This document shows positions 11,101 to 23,100 of a stretch of 64,000 nt of DNA, piece by piece; position 1 is the first letter of the stretch; every line of letters starts with the position of its first letter. The notes below the pieces were generated by a model. It ran no database searches and was not told where the DNA came from. It saw only the letters and a program-made list of their open reading frames with translations. Position numbers and translations under genes: made by a program. Source of the DNA: Phoronis australis (Eukaryota; Animalia; Phoronida); the NCBI GenBank assembly GCA_002633005.1, contig NMRA01000133.1, positions 750,809 to 814,808 of the forward strand. Direction: 5' to 3'.

Positions 11101-14100
11101 CAATCGAATGAGAATGAAAATGTTTGTTTTAATCAATATTAAAGTGTATTTACTTTCATTCTCTTGAAGCTCCCTTCAAAAGCCATCATGGTTTTGTTTC
11201 ATGTTTGAGTTCTTAATAAGGCTAATTACTGTTCCTTATAACATTTCATACCTCCATGGACTTCATAATTTTAGTGATTGCTCCTGGGGGTTCAGGGGGG
11301 AGTTTCCCCCAGGTGCCAGCAAAAAGGGTACAAGGGGGGAGTGCAAACCAGGTGGGTGCCAAATGAGCATGTGTTGACCCTCTCCTCTCTACATGGGAGG
11401 AGTACTAAACAGATAAAAACAACTGGGGCATGCCACATGAGTGTTGAGCCCTCCCATCGTCACAAATTGTGGTTGTTCCCCTTACCATTGACAACATGTG
11501 CTGAGGTGGTGATAAGATTTGGCCCTCGTACCAAATTTTAGGCCCAATTCAAGAATTATTAGGGAGGTGAATTTTGTATTGGCAGCTGTTTTTGACAATT
11601 TTATGTCAGATTTTGGTGATACAAAATGCAGTGTCCAATATTTGAGAAACATGATGAATGACAACGTTACTTTAGTAACATTCTTCCAAATCAAGGAAAT
11701 TCGATTTTGGCTTGAATTTCACTCTCACAAATTTTAGAGACTGTTGCAAATTAATTGTAAGTGAAAGTGAGCTAACTACCCTACAGGAGCAGTCCTGAAG
11801 CTGAAGACCTGCGTCGGCGAGTTGACCGCAAAAGGAGCGAGAGACGAAGCTCCAGCAGCTCACCCAAGGTATGTGGGTTGATTGTAAAACAAAGCATTGG
11901 GTAGGGCTGAACAGTAAAAAAAAATAATGGCTGGAGGTCTGGTACACGTTGTACCAAACCGCCAGCAATTATTTTTTGTACATGTTGTACCAGACATGCT
12001 CAGGTGGACCCATCAAACTGATCACCTGGAACCATTTTTATGCTTTATTAATGTATAGTTAAAACTGAGCTGAAGAGCTATAGACCATACTTCACTTTGC
12101 AGTACTGCTCTTGTAATGAGCCATAGTTCACTTTGCAGTACTTTACTTGTAATAAGCCATACTTCACTTTGCAGTACTCCTCTTGTAATGAGCCATACTT
12201 CACTTTCAGAGAAAGCATAGCAAGACGAAGAAGACAAAGGAAGGTAAACTCAAGTCGACGGTTGTTATCTCCAAACATAAGGATGTTGACTCAGATGGTC
12301 AGTGGCGAGGAACTGGTATGTCTGTGTTTTTATTAACCCAATCCATGACGTCATGTGAAACCAAGACTATTGTATCTTATTAATCCAGCCTGTGACATCA
12401 CTTGAAACTAAGACTGTTGTATCTTATTAAACCAACCCGTGACTTCACGTGAAACCAAAAATGTTGTATCTTATTAGCTCAGCCCGTGACATCACATGAA
12501 ATCAAGACTGTTGTTATTAAACCAATCGGTGACATCACATGAAACCAAGACTGTTGTATTTTGTTAAACCAATCCGTGACGTCACATGAAACCAAGACTG
12601 TTGTATTTTGTTAAACCAATCCGTGACGTCACATGAAACCAAGACTGTTGTATTTTATTAAACCAACCCGTGACTTCACGTGAAACCAAAAATGTTGTAT
12701 CTTATTAGCCCATCCCGTGACATCACATGAAATCAAGACTGTTGTTATTAAACCAATCCGTGACGTCACATGAAACCAAGACTGTTGTATTTTATTAAAC
12801 CAGCCCGTGACATCACATGAAACCAAGACTGTTGTTATTAAACCAATCGGTGACATCACATGAAATCAAGACTGTTGTATTTTATTAAACCAACCCGTGA
12901 CTTCACGTGAAACCAAAAATGTTGTATCTTATTAGCCCATCCCGTGACATCACATGAAATCAAGACTGTTGTTATTAAACCAATCCGTGACGTCACATGA
13001 AATCAAGACTGTTGTATTTTGTTAAACCAATCCGTGACATCACATGAAATCAAGACTGTTGTATTTTATTAAACCAATCCGTGACATCATGCGAAAACAA
13101 GACTGGCATCTTATGTGCAGGACATTGAAAAAGAAGAAAATTTTAAGTTTTCAATATTTCACCAAATTTTAGAGACTAAAATTACTTTATTGAATGAACT
13201 GTATACGTTTGTGGCTGTTAATCAGCGTGCTTGTGTCACAGACTCTGAAATCAAAACTCGTAGTGTAGGAGCAGGAAGTGCTTTCCACACACCTTCCTAA
13301 AGAGTGCATTTTAACGTTACATTGGTGGCAGAAGTGTGAACTTTCATCAGCCATACCTTCCGTGGTGCATTTTACCTCAGAAAGAAAGGTTTGACTTGCA
13401 GGTTGCCAATGTACTCTCCATGCTGGCAACCTGGTAAAACTCCCGAGTCACCAGAAAGTCGCCATGCCCAAATCCCAGCTCACGCTCAAAATACTACTGA
13501 AAATAAATGGACGTGAGTCGGATTCATTTATCAAAAGTTGAAAGGCACTTGGTAGGTAGGAGGTGATTATACCAAGAGTGAAATTGGTCGTTGTTTAATT
13601 ATCCATTCAACTGAAAAATGTTGCACTGTCGGTATGTGGGCAGGCATTCCCTTAGTTTGCCAGTTCTTTAGTTCAGCTATCTCATTTTTTTCCGGAGCAC
13701 CCTGATTTTGACAATCTCATTTTTCATTTGGCGACCTGCTCATTTTGTCAGATGGCATTGGGCGAGTTGACATTATGGTGAGCACTGAGCTCTGCTGTAG
13801 TGTACGTTTTGGTGTTCAGTTATGGCTGCATTTCTTGCTTCAATGTGTGTTAAATGTATTTTATTGGAGATCACCAGCTTAACTAGAATGTTTGTCCTTT
13901 CCTGTAACAGGAGATGAGACTGAACTGGACTTTGATGAAGAACTTTTGAGGGAGAAGAAACGCCTGGAGCAAGAACTGAGCCAGCTGGCTGAAGAAGAGA
14001 GTCGGATGAAGCACACCAAGCAGGTAGGATGTCGAGTTGGGGAGCGTTCTGTAGACCCAAGTTTCTTGTGAGAAAAGCGAGAGCACACGACACGAGTCTT

Positions 14101-17100
14101 TTTTTTCATTTGCCTCTCTGTCTGCCAAACCACTCCAAAAATCATAAAAATTGGCAGATGTATTCCGGATGAGAGGTGATTTTTAATTTAGTTAAACACT
14201 ACTTTTTTCTGGCAAGAACAATATCAAAACAAAGCAAGACTTATTTTTGGAATACAAGCTTTTCCCTACAGAACTGTCATTCCACTTGTTAGCTCAGAAT
14301 CTGCTTTTACAGTGTTGTTTAAAACTTGTTTAGATTCCATTTACATACTGCACGGTAGCGATGATCTTTATGTCCAGCTTCACAAAGTTCCACAGTGCTT
14401 AAGTGTCTCCGTTCATTTCAGTCATCCGATAGCACAGACTCAGAGGACTACCACCAACCTAAGCAGAAGAAAACTAAGAAAATTGTCAAAGGACCAAAAA
14501 CGCCCAGCCCTGTGTATGGCTTAGTGATCTCTTTCTTCTAAGTTCCTGTTCCGTGATCTCATTTAAGGAGTTGCAAAACTCTAATTCTAACAGCTTTGTA
14601 ATGTCTGTGGTTCTTCAATATTTTTCTAATTTGAAAGTTTTTGAATGTTTTAATTGCATCACATCACTGTGTACTTTCAAATTATTGAAATTAGTTTGTT
14701 CATTTAATTTAACACTTACTGGGTTGATAATGCTTCCTTGGTGTCTTAAAAAGGCATTTTTAGACAGCCACCATGTTATCAGTAGAAAGTATTGCTTTCT
14801 TTACCAAATTTTATTTTTGTACTTCAGTATTGATTGATTGATTAAGTATAGATTGGGTTAGGACTCGTTTAATTTAATGAAACTGATTACAGGCGACGGA
14901 AATCTGGTGATGTTAAGAAGGGGAAGAAATTAGCGGCGAGAAGTCCCAGTCCAAAGGGTCGCTCAAAGAAAAGGCAAGTATAGCTTGTATCTCGCGTTCT
15001 AGTGGCATTATTTTGTAGCCAACAGTTGTGTGTAGTATCTTGCAAGAAATCAATGTATTTCTAGAATGGAAGTATCATGTTTACGCACATTTTTCTCCCA
15101 ATCATGTCAGTCATTCCCATTTTGTTTGTGTGAGGTCTCTGCCCCACCCTGAACCTCCAACCTTTCGCTACTGTTATCTTACTTGAGTAATGTCTCCAAA
15201 CTTACGAGAAACACCTTGCAGATTACTCATCATGATTGCTGTATTTGTTAATGCCAACAAAATCCATGTCTTTGTACTAAAGTTTGATACCTGAGTTGCC
15301 TTGGAAACCTGCAGTGTGGATGCTCTTAAATTCATGTCAAACTGACAGAAGTGCATTGAAAATCATTTTTCGCCTCATGCTTGTCAATATTATTTATGCC
15401 AGACATTGTCTTATTGTTTTTATATCTGTAACCTATCTAATTAACATGTGCTTCAATCTCATTTTGACAGAATGCCATACGGACTTATTGTATGGAACAT
15501 AGGATTTTTTAAATGTAAGGGTGCTGGGTTTGACGTACATTTGTAAAAAACACTGGTATTACTGGGACTTATGCCTTTTCAGAGCACCATCCCCTGAAGA
15601 CTCAGACAGTTCGTCCAGTAGCAGCAGCAGTAGCAGCAGCGAAAGTAGCAGCCCTTCCCCACCCCCCTCTCCTGTCAAGGAAAAACACAAAAAGAAGAAA
15701 GGGGAGGCAGTACAAGAAAAACCAGCGAAATCGCACAAATCGTATGTTCAGCCCGTGAGAGACATCAGTCCACGAGACAAAAAGAAAGCTGTTAAAACAC
15801 CCAAGAGTCCACAAGGTGTCAAATCTATAAAGCATGTCACAAAGCGTGATGCCGAGTCAAGTTACTATGACATTGAAAAGTATGGTCGCTCGTCGTCGCG
15901 TGCTGGTGAAGAGCGTAGAAGTCGATCACCTGCTGAGTCGTCCAAGCGGAGTTACTCACCCCAGTCTGACTATAGATCAGCAAAGCAGGACCAAAAGAGG
16001 GTTTCATCTGTTGTGGACATTAAACATAAGCCCCTGAAGAGGGAGGTTCAAAAACGCTCGACTACTCCTCAGGAGTCGCACCGTCGTCGATCCCTTTCCC
16101 CACAGTCAGAGAAGGACTACCGATCCCGCTCACCTGCCCCATTGAAGCACTCCTACAGACAGGAGGAATCTGAGCGCACAAACAGGAGACGTTCACCTGA
16201 GTACAAACGATCAGGGCAATCATCCGAGCCCCAGGATAAATACCGCGACAGAAAAGAAAGATCGCCTGACTACAAAAAACAAGATGACTACCGCAAGGGT
16301 CCCACTACCCCTCCCAGGCCCTCATCACCGCTTATGTCGCGAGAGCGATTTAATTCCCCCAGCAGAGACTTCAGGAGGGAAGGCTATGAATCTCGTAAAA
16401 AGCCATATACTCCTGAGAAGGATTCGAGACATGAAGATCCTCGTGGACCGTATACTGAACGAGACTACCGTACACGATCACATGAAAGACCAGTGAGAGA
16501 GTCACCCCCACGGCGTGGGATATCTCCCACTCGTCTGCGACCCAGGAGTCCAAGTCCCAGAGATCGCTATGCTGACCCCCGAGATATGCGACCACCGATA
16601 GAGCACGGGCGAGAGCGAGACTTGAGGCGGCCAGAAGAATTTCTGGACTTGCCACCCCATGGCAGGTCAGTTCTGATTCTGTGCTTTTAATGAAAAATCC
16701 AAACAGATTTTTGGAAAGAAAAATCTATCACAAAAGTTCAATGCCAGTGCTATCGTGTTGCTTATTTACTATGAAATTCCCTAATTTTCAGTCTCTTCAA
16801 ATGTTTGAATTGCCTTATCATGTTTTATTTGTTTAAGGAAAACTTGACAGAGCTTTTATTAAGTAATATCCCATTTTTATGTACCCACATATATATGTGT
16901 GTGAGTGTGATTGCTGTCATCTCTGGCTGGGCCTCTAGCATCCGCTGCTGTATCTCCTAAACCCCTTGCCGCATCTCACTGAGATATCGTAGATGTGGTC
17001 TTATGAAGCTGACAGCAGATGACGGCGAATTTCGGGCCGATCCAACTACCGCTGTGCCCCTATGTGGCAATTTTACTTTTTATGTTTGCCTCTCTGTCTT

Positions 17101-20100
17101 TGGAGCTCCTTGATGGATCCTCATGAAATTTGACCAATAGGTCTGTATGAAGGAAACAATAACTTCCCATGTATGGATGGATTCGATGTATTCTGCGGTG
17201 CTTAGTGGGCATTTTTAAAATTTGCAAGTCCGTTTTTTGGTGTCCACGTCCTCTATCCACCAATCCACTATAAAGGTCATTGGGAAAGGTGGCAGCTGTC
17301 TTTCTGATGAGAAGGGCGCTGCTGGCGCTGATTTACAGAAGGGTTTGACTACTTTAGCACCTCCTAGTGGCAATTTGTGGTTTTTGTGTGTACCCTTTCT
17401 AGGTATGTGTTGGATTTGTTCCTATGGAAGTTACTATGCACGGCGATGAGGACCAATCCGACTACTGCTGTGCCCCCTAGTGGCAATTTAAGTTTATTTA
17501 CATTTGTATCTGTATCTTCGGAGTTCCTTGATGGATTTTCATGAAATATGGCGAATAAGTTTGTATTAAGGAGATGATGATGATGATGCTGTTCATTTTC
17601 GAATGGATTCCATATATTTGTGCACCACCTAGTCTATTTTAAGTGCTTTTGAATTGGTTTTTGGCGTCTGCCTCTTAATCTGTCAAACCGCTCAAAAACA
17701 TTTAAAAAACTTAGAAAATATTTTCCTGATGAAAAGACAATGGCTGACATTGATTTGTGGATGAGTCAAAGAACTGTGGTGCCCCTTAGTTGTGACTTTT
17801 TTGCGTACACGGCTGTATCTTCTTTAATTGTTTGCAGGATCTTTGTGACATTGTACAAGTGTTAACCTATAAATGAGTCCATGGCTGCCATCAACTTCTG
17901 TCAGACCCTGAGTACCTTTGTGCCCCTTATTGGTAATTTTGTTTTTTCAAGTGTTATCTTATTTTTTCGTCGATCATAGTTTTTTTTTTTAAATTTGGCA
18001 CTCAAGTTTCCATTACGAAGGAGACAGCACCATTCCTTTTTGGGATGGATTTGACATTCTGTGTTACTTATTGGCCATTTTCATTACTTTTGAGTCGTCT
18101 GCCTCTGTTTATGTCAGTCTGCTCGAAGGATCAAGTCCGACGCATTCTATGCCGTCTAATGACCATTTTTATGCGCCCACACATTTATATGTGGGTGCAT
18201 ATTGCCGTCATCTCTGTCTGGGCGTCTGGGTACTCAACTGTATCTCCTAAACCCCTCACAGGATCTTGATGAAATTTGGCGGATGGGTTCCTATGAAGCT
18301 GACGACAGATGACCTTTTGTCTAGACGCAACACATAACGGGACATGTTAGGAACGCACTGCACCAATGTTTTTTAGTGTCGGAGCATCGACACGCAGACC
18401 ATACTTAACCTTAAATTAATGATAGAAATAGCACAGGGAGGAGAAACTTATTCATTTTCATCTGGGAAACGATAAAGGGCTTTTTTGCTCTGAAAATTCG
18501 CTCACCATGGGGGGCGACTGGCAGTTGAACTTCTACTCGCCCAGCACCATTTTTACTCGCGTTGGCGAATGGGTGAGTGGCTAAGTATATCTCTGCTACC
18601 GGTGTGCCCACTAGTGGCAATTTTATTATTTTATGTTTACTTCTGTATCTTTAAAGGTCCTCAAGAGATTTTTGTAAAATTTGGCTCATTGGCATCTATT
18701 AGTGGGATGATGCTATCCTCTCGTTTTCGGACGGATTTGAGGTATCTTGCGCCACCTAGTAGTCCTCCCCTCTATCAACCAAACCGCTCTAAGGATGATT
18801 GTGAAAATTGGCATGTATGTTGTTACTATGAAGAGGAAGGCTGACGATGATTTTGTGATGACTTCGGCTACTGTGGCGTCTCTTAGTGGCAGTTTTTTTT
18901 TTGCGGCCATGGCTGTATCTCCTAAACACTCGGCAGGATCTTTACTAAATTTAGCAAATGCATTTATATGAAGTTGACAACAGACGATGTGGTGTGCCCC
19001 CTAGTGGCAATTTTTATTTTTTCCGTTTACCTCTGTATCTTCAAGTGTCCTCTACGCATTTTCATAAAATTTGGAAGATAGTCATCTATTGGTGACATGA
19101 CGCTTTCCTCTCGTTTTCGGAAGGATTCAAGGTATTTTTTGCCACTTAGTGGCCATTTTTGGTGTTTTCGAATCTGTTTTTTGTCATCCGCCCTCAATCA
19201 ACCAAACCATTCTAAGGATAATTATGAAAATTGGCATATCTGTTCCCAGTATGAAGATGATAAGTTGACGATGATGACTTTGACTACTGTGGCGCCTCCT
19301 AGTGGCAGTTATTAAATTAAATTTAGCAAGTGTATTCATATGAAGTTGAGAACAGACGAAGGACGACTTTCAGATGCATCAGACAAACGCTGTTCCCCCT
19401 AGTGTCAATGTCATTTTTTTTCGGTTTCCCTTTGCTTCTCTGAAGTTTCTTGACAGATTTTTATGAAAATTGGTAAATAGCATTCTATTACAGAATTGAT
19501 GACATGTTCCCGTTTTTGGATGGATTTAACATATTTTGCATCATCAAGTAACCATTTTTATGATGACATCCCTTGAAGCACACCGTTTGAAGTGCATTCG
19601 CCGGTGCATTTCAATGCTCCGCCTTGCTCTTGTTATGGTGCTTGTAAACACGACTAGAGTTCTTCTGTTTGTGGTGCAGCAATGGTTGCATTTCAACACT
19701 GCATTATTCTTTTTGTTACTTTTATTATGTAAAAGTCCCTGTTCTCAGGTATGATGCCCACGAGCTGCCACCTTTTGGACGTCACAGAAGCTCTCCACCA
19801 ATACCTCCACCTGAATTTGTTGACCGCTACAGTCACTTTGATCGAGGCTTGCCACCACCCTCACGCCATGGTCTTCGAGGTAATAGTTGACACCATGACT
19901 TGATATATATTTTGGGCTCGGCTATTCATAGCCAACAGGGGTAATAAAACCACTTTCTCACTAGCCTGGGGCCCATTCCAAGAAACTGACTTAAGTTCAA
20001 GATTTATCTCAGTTTCCAAACTTTGAAAGGTCCACATCCGGTAAGTTAGTTGATTCAGAACTTAAGAAAAAAACATGTCAAACTTTCTGGAAACGGTCTT

Positions 20101-23100
20101 CAGACAAATTGAAGTTTTATCTTTAACCCGTATCTTGCGCTTGGCGAGGTCAGCCGACATGCCAATTATCCTATTACAATGCGTTGGGTGTATACTCAAT
20201 CGACTATGATAAACTGCAGCTGGGCTGCCCTAGGAGAGTGCACTCACCCCAGGACACTTGTGATTTTCATTCAGAAATTGTAAGAGCCCCGGAATGTTGT
20301 TTAGATATGTGAGCATGCGCATTCCATAGTTCACAGTTTCCTGTACATTTCTCTGAATTAAACCATATGGCTGTGATTACTAGTTTGGTAGATATTGACA
20401 GTTTTATTAAGTGTAGACACATGGTTTCATTATATGGCTGGAGCCAGACGTGAGAGGATGACAGTGGATAAGTTTACTTTCAGCAAGGCCAAGGTACCTA
20501 AACTACACGGTCAACGGACTCATAAACACGACTCACGGACCTGCAAACACCGTCCACTGACTCACAAACATGGTAACGGACTCAAAAACACGATCCACGC
20601 ACCCAAGTACACGGGACACGGACTCACATTCAGGAGCAAACACGGTTAACGGACCGCCAAACACGGGTCACGGACAAAATGAAGATGTCAGCTGACCCAG
20701 GAAGCCGATGAGTCCGTGACCCGTGTTTGGCGGTCCGTTAACCGTGTTTCCTCATGAATGTGAGTCCGTGTCCCGTGTATTTGGGTGCGTGGATCGTGTT
20801 TTGTGAGTCCGTTCCCGTGTTTGTGAGTCAGTGGACGGTGTTTGCAGGTCCGTGAGTCGTGTTCATGCGTCCGTGCCCGTGTTTATGAGTCCGTTGACCG
20901 TGTAGTTTAGGTACCTTGAAGGCTTTGATCAAGATTTACACAGGGTGAAAATCTCCATCAAATTCTGGACAACTTTTATATTGGCTTCTTTTCTGTGAAA
21001 TTTACATTAGTCTTGGTGACCTTCATAACAGCTCATTGTCCAGCAGTAGTGGTGACCTACTTAGCTCAGCACACAGGGAAAGTAGTCTGAATAGAGACTC
21101 AGCAGGATAAGGGTTAAAATTGGCTTAAATTTAAGATTTGTCTAAGCTAAGTCAGTTAGCTTGGAGCGGGCCCCAAGACGGACCATAAAGCATTTGTTAT
21201 TAAGCGGCATTTGCTTAAACGATGGTCAAGTAATCACCAGACAGTGATTTTGGTAATCCCAACAAGAAACACCAGTCATATTCAAAAGGCCGATTGTTTG
21301 TGGCGATGGCCAATAGATTTGTAACTATATCCACAAAATTAAGACATTTTGTTGAGCGCTTACTCCTCAAGACCCTAATTTGACTATATGAGTTAAAATT
21401 CTATCTACCAATCAAGTTTAAGCTGCATGCATTATCAAGAGAATGAAAGGTGTGCTTGTGCATGTTTTCACAGGAAATGTTTTTGAAAACTCAAAAACGC
21501 AATTGACATACACTAATTGACCAAGTTATCAAACAATTTCCTGCCATAACTTATAACTCAGGGCTCGACGCTATTCAAGTCGCCAGGTCGCATTTTGCGA
21601 CCTAGCCAAAATCCCAGGTCGCATTTTCAAAATCCAGCTCGCATTCGTAAATGCCAGGTCGCAAAATTTTCCCGCCATTTTTACGCGCCAAAATAGATTT
21701 TTTAGATCATCTAGAAAATGTTTAGATTATGCTCTTATCTGAAGCGTTAAATACTCACAAATTTCGGATCTCAAAATTGACTTCATTCATGCAGGTACGG
21801 CCTTACTGTTCTTCACGACCGCCATTGAAAGACTCTAGAGCGCAAGGCAAGTTGCCGGCGTGAAAGTTGAATCAGTGCTCTCTAACTGACTTGTGCATTG
21901 GAGTAGCTAAATTTGCGATGTGAAAAGGGAGAAAATGCCCGTTGAAAAAGTATCTGGGATTTTGTTAGATCTGGTCTGCTACTGGCCGTCATCAAAGTCG
22001 TTAACGATTCAAACTAACTCGGGTAATCGCGAGTTTGCTCTTCAATACTCTCCAAGTACGGGAAAAATAGGCCAGTCGCAAAACGACACGCACGTCACTA
22101 GTGTTAACTTTCTTTCCGAGGTATAAAATAAAGCCGAGATTTGGTTTTTACATATTGTGAAAAGACGTTTTTGAAAACTGAAGTTGTGTAAAATGAAAGT
22201 GACACACACCATATAAGCTGCGTGTCAATTTTAAACCACACGCGGTCGTTTGTAGTGCGCAATGATGGGCGCTAGCTTGAACTGTGGGCGCTTAATTGGA
22301 AATTCTCAAAATTTAAGAGGGGACTTTTAATAGATCAGTGAGCGCTTATTATGGAACACTTTAAAGGTAGGGAGTAGGCTTGTGCGTGAGCATAGTCGTT
22401 AACCTCAGTGTTTGCGGTAATAAGATATTAAAACGCTGCAATGGTAAGAAAAGTTATAATAATACGATTTTGCGAGGCAAACTCCATCTGGTAGGGGTGA
22501 CTTTCTGGATATCGTTACCATCTACATTGTACCCTTTTTAGCCACCCGGAATGATTTTTTTAACTGCCNNNNNNNNNNNNNNNNNNNNNNNNNNNNNNNN
22601 NNNNNNNNNNNNNNNNNNNNNNNNNNNNNNNNNNNNNNNNNNNNNNNNNNNNNNNNNNNNNNNNNNNNNNNNNNNNNNNNNNNNNNNNNNNNNNNNNNNN
22701 NNNNNNNNNNNNNNNNNNNNNNNNNNNNNNNNNNNNNNNNNNNNNNNNNNNNNNNNNNNNNNNNNNNNNNNNNNNNNNNNNNNNNNNNNNNNNNNNNNNN
22801 NNNNNNNNNNNNNNNNNNNNNNNNNNNNNNNNNNNNNNNNNNNNNNNNNNNNNNNNNNNNNNNNNNNNNNNNNNNNNNNCCGAAAGTGTTAGCCAATGAA
22901 ACGCGTCAAAGATCGATTCTGTATATCCCATGTTCACGCGACATGCTTACAAGTCATCGGGAGGGCAGTTCTCGGTTAGTGTTCTTTTGAACTTCTATTT
23001 GGCAACAACCAAATAACAGTCGGATTAACAAGACCTGATTCGTATTTGCCGGGTATCTGTTGAGAAGTGTAAAAACTCAGCTCGCATTCGTTGGAAATTC

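Larger units (their letters stand above)
19969..21173. mobile_element. PIF/Harbinger-like MITE (outer layer of a nested cluster)
   Basis: Imperfect TIR gggcccattccaagaaactgactta / taagtcagttagcttggagcgggccc. Confidence 0.5.

Noticed and set aside
10870-11410. Academ/Sola-like transposon
   Set aside because: It looks repeat-derived, but I could not match TIRs or a TSD convincingly.
12330-13105. CRISPR-like array
   Set aside because: The units are contiguous with no unique spacers, there are no cas genes, and the context is a eukaryotic intron.
22522-22937. Long ORFs of X residues (also 36892-37806)
   Set aside because: Artefacts of N gaps.
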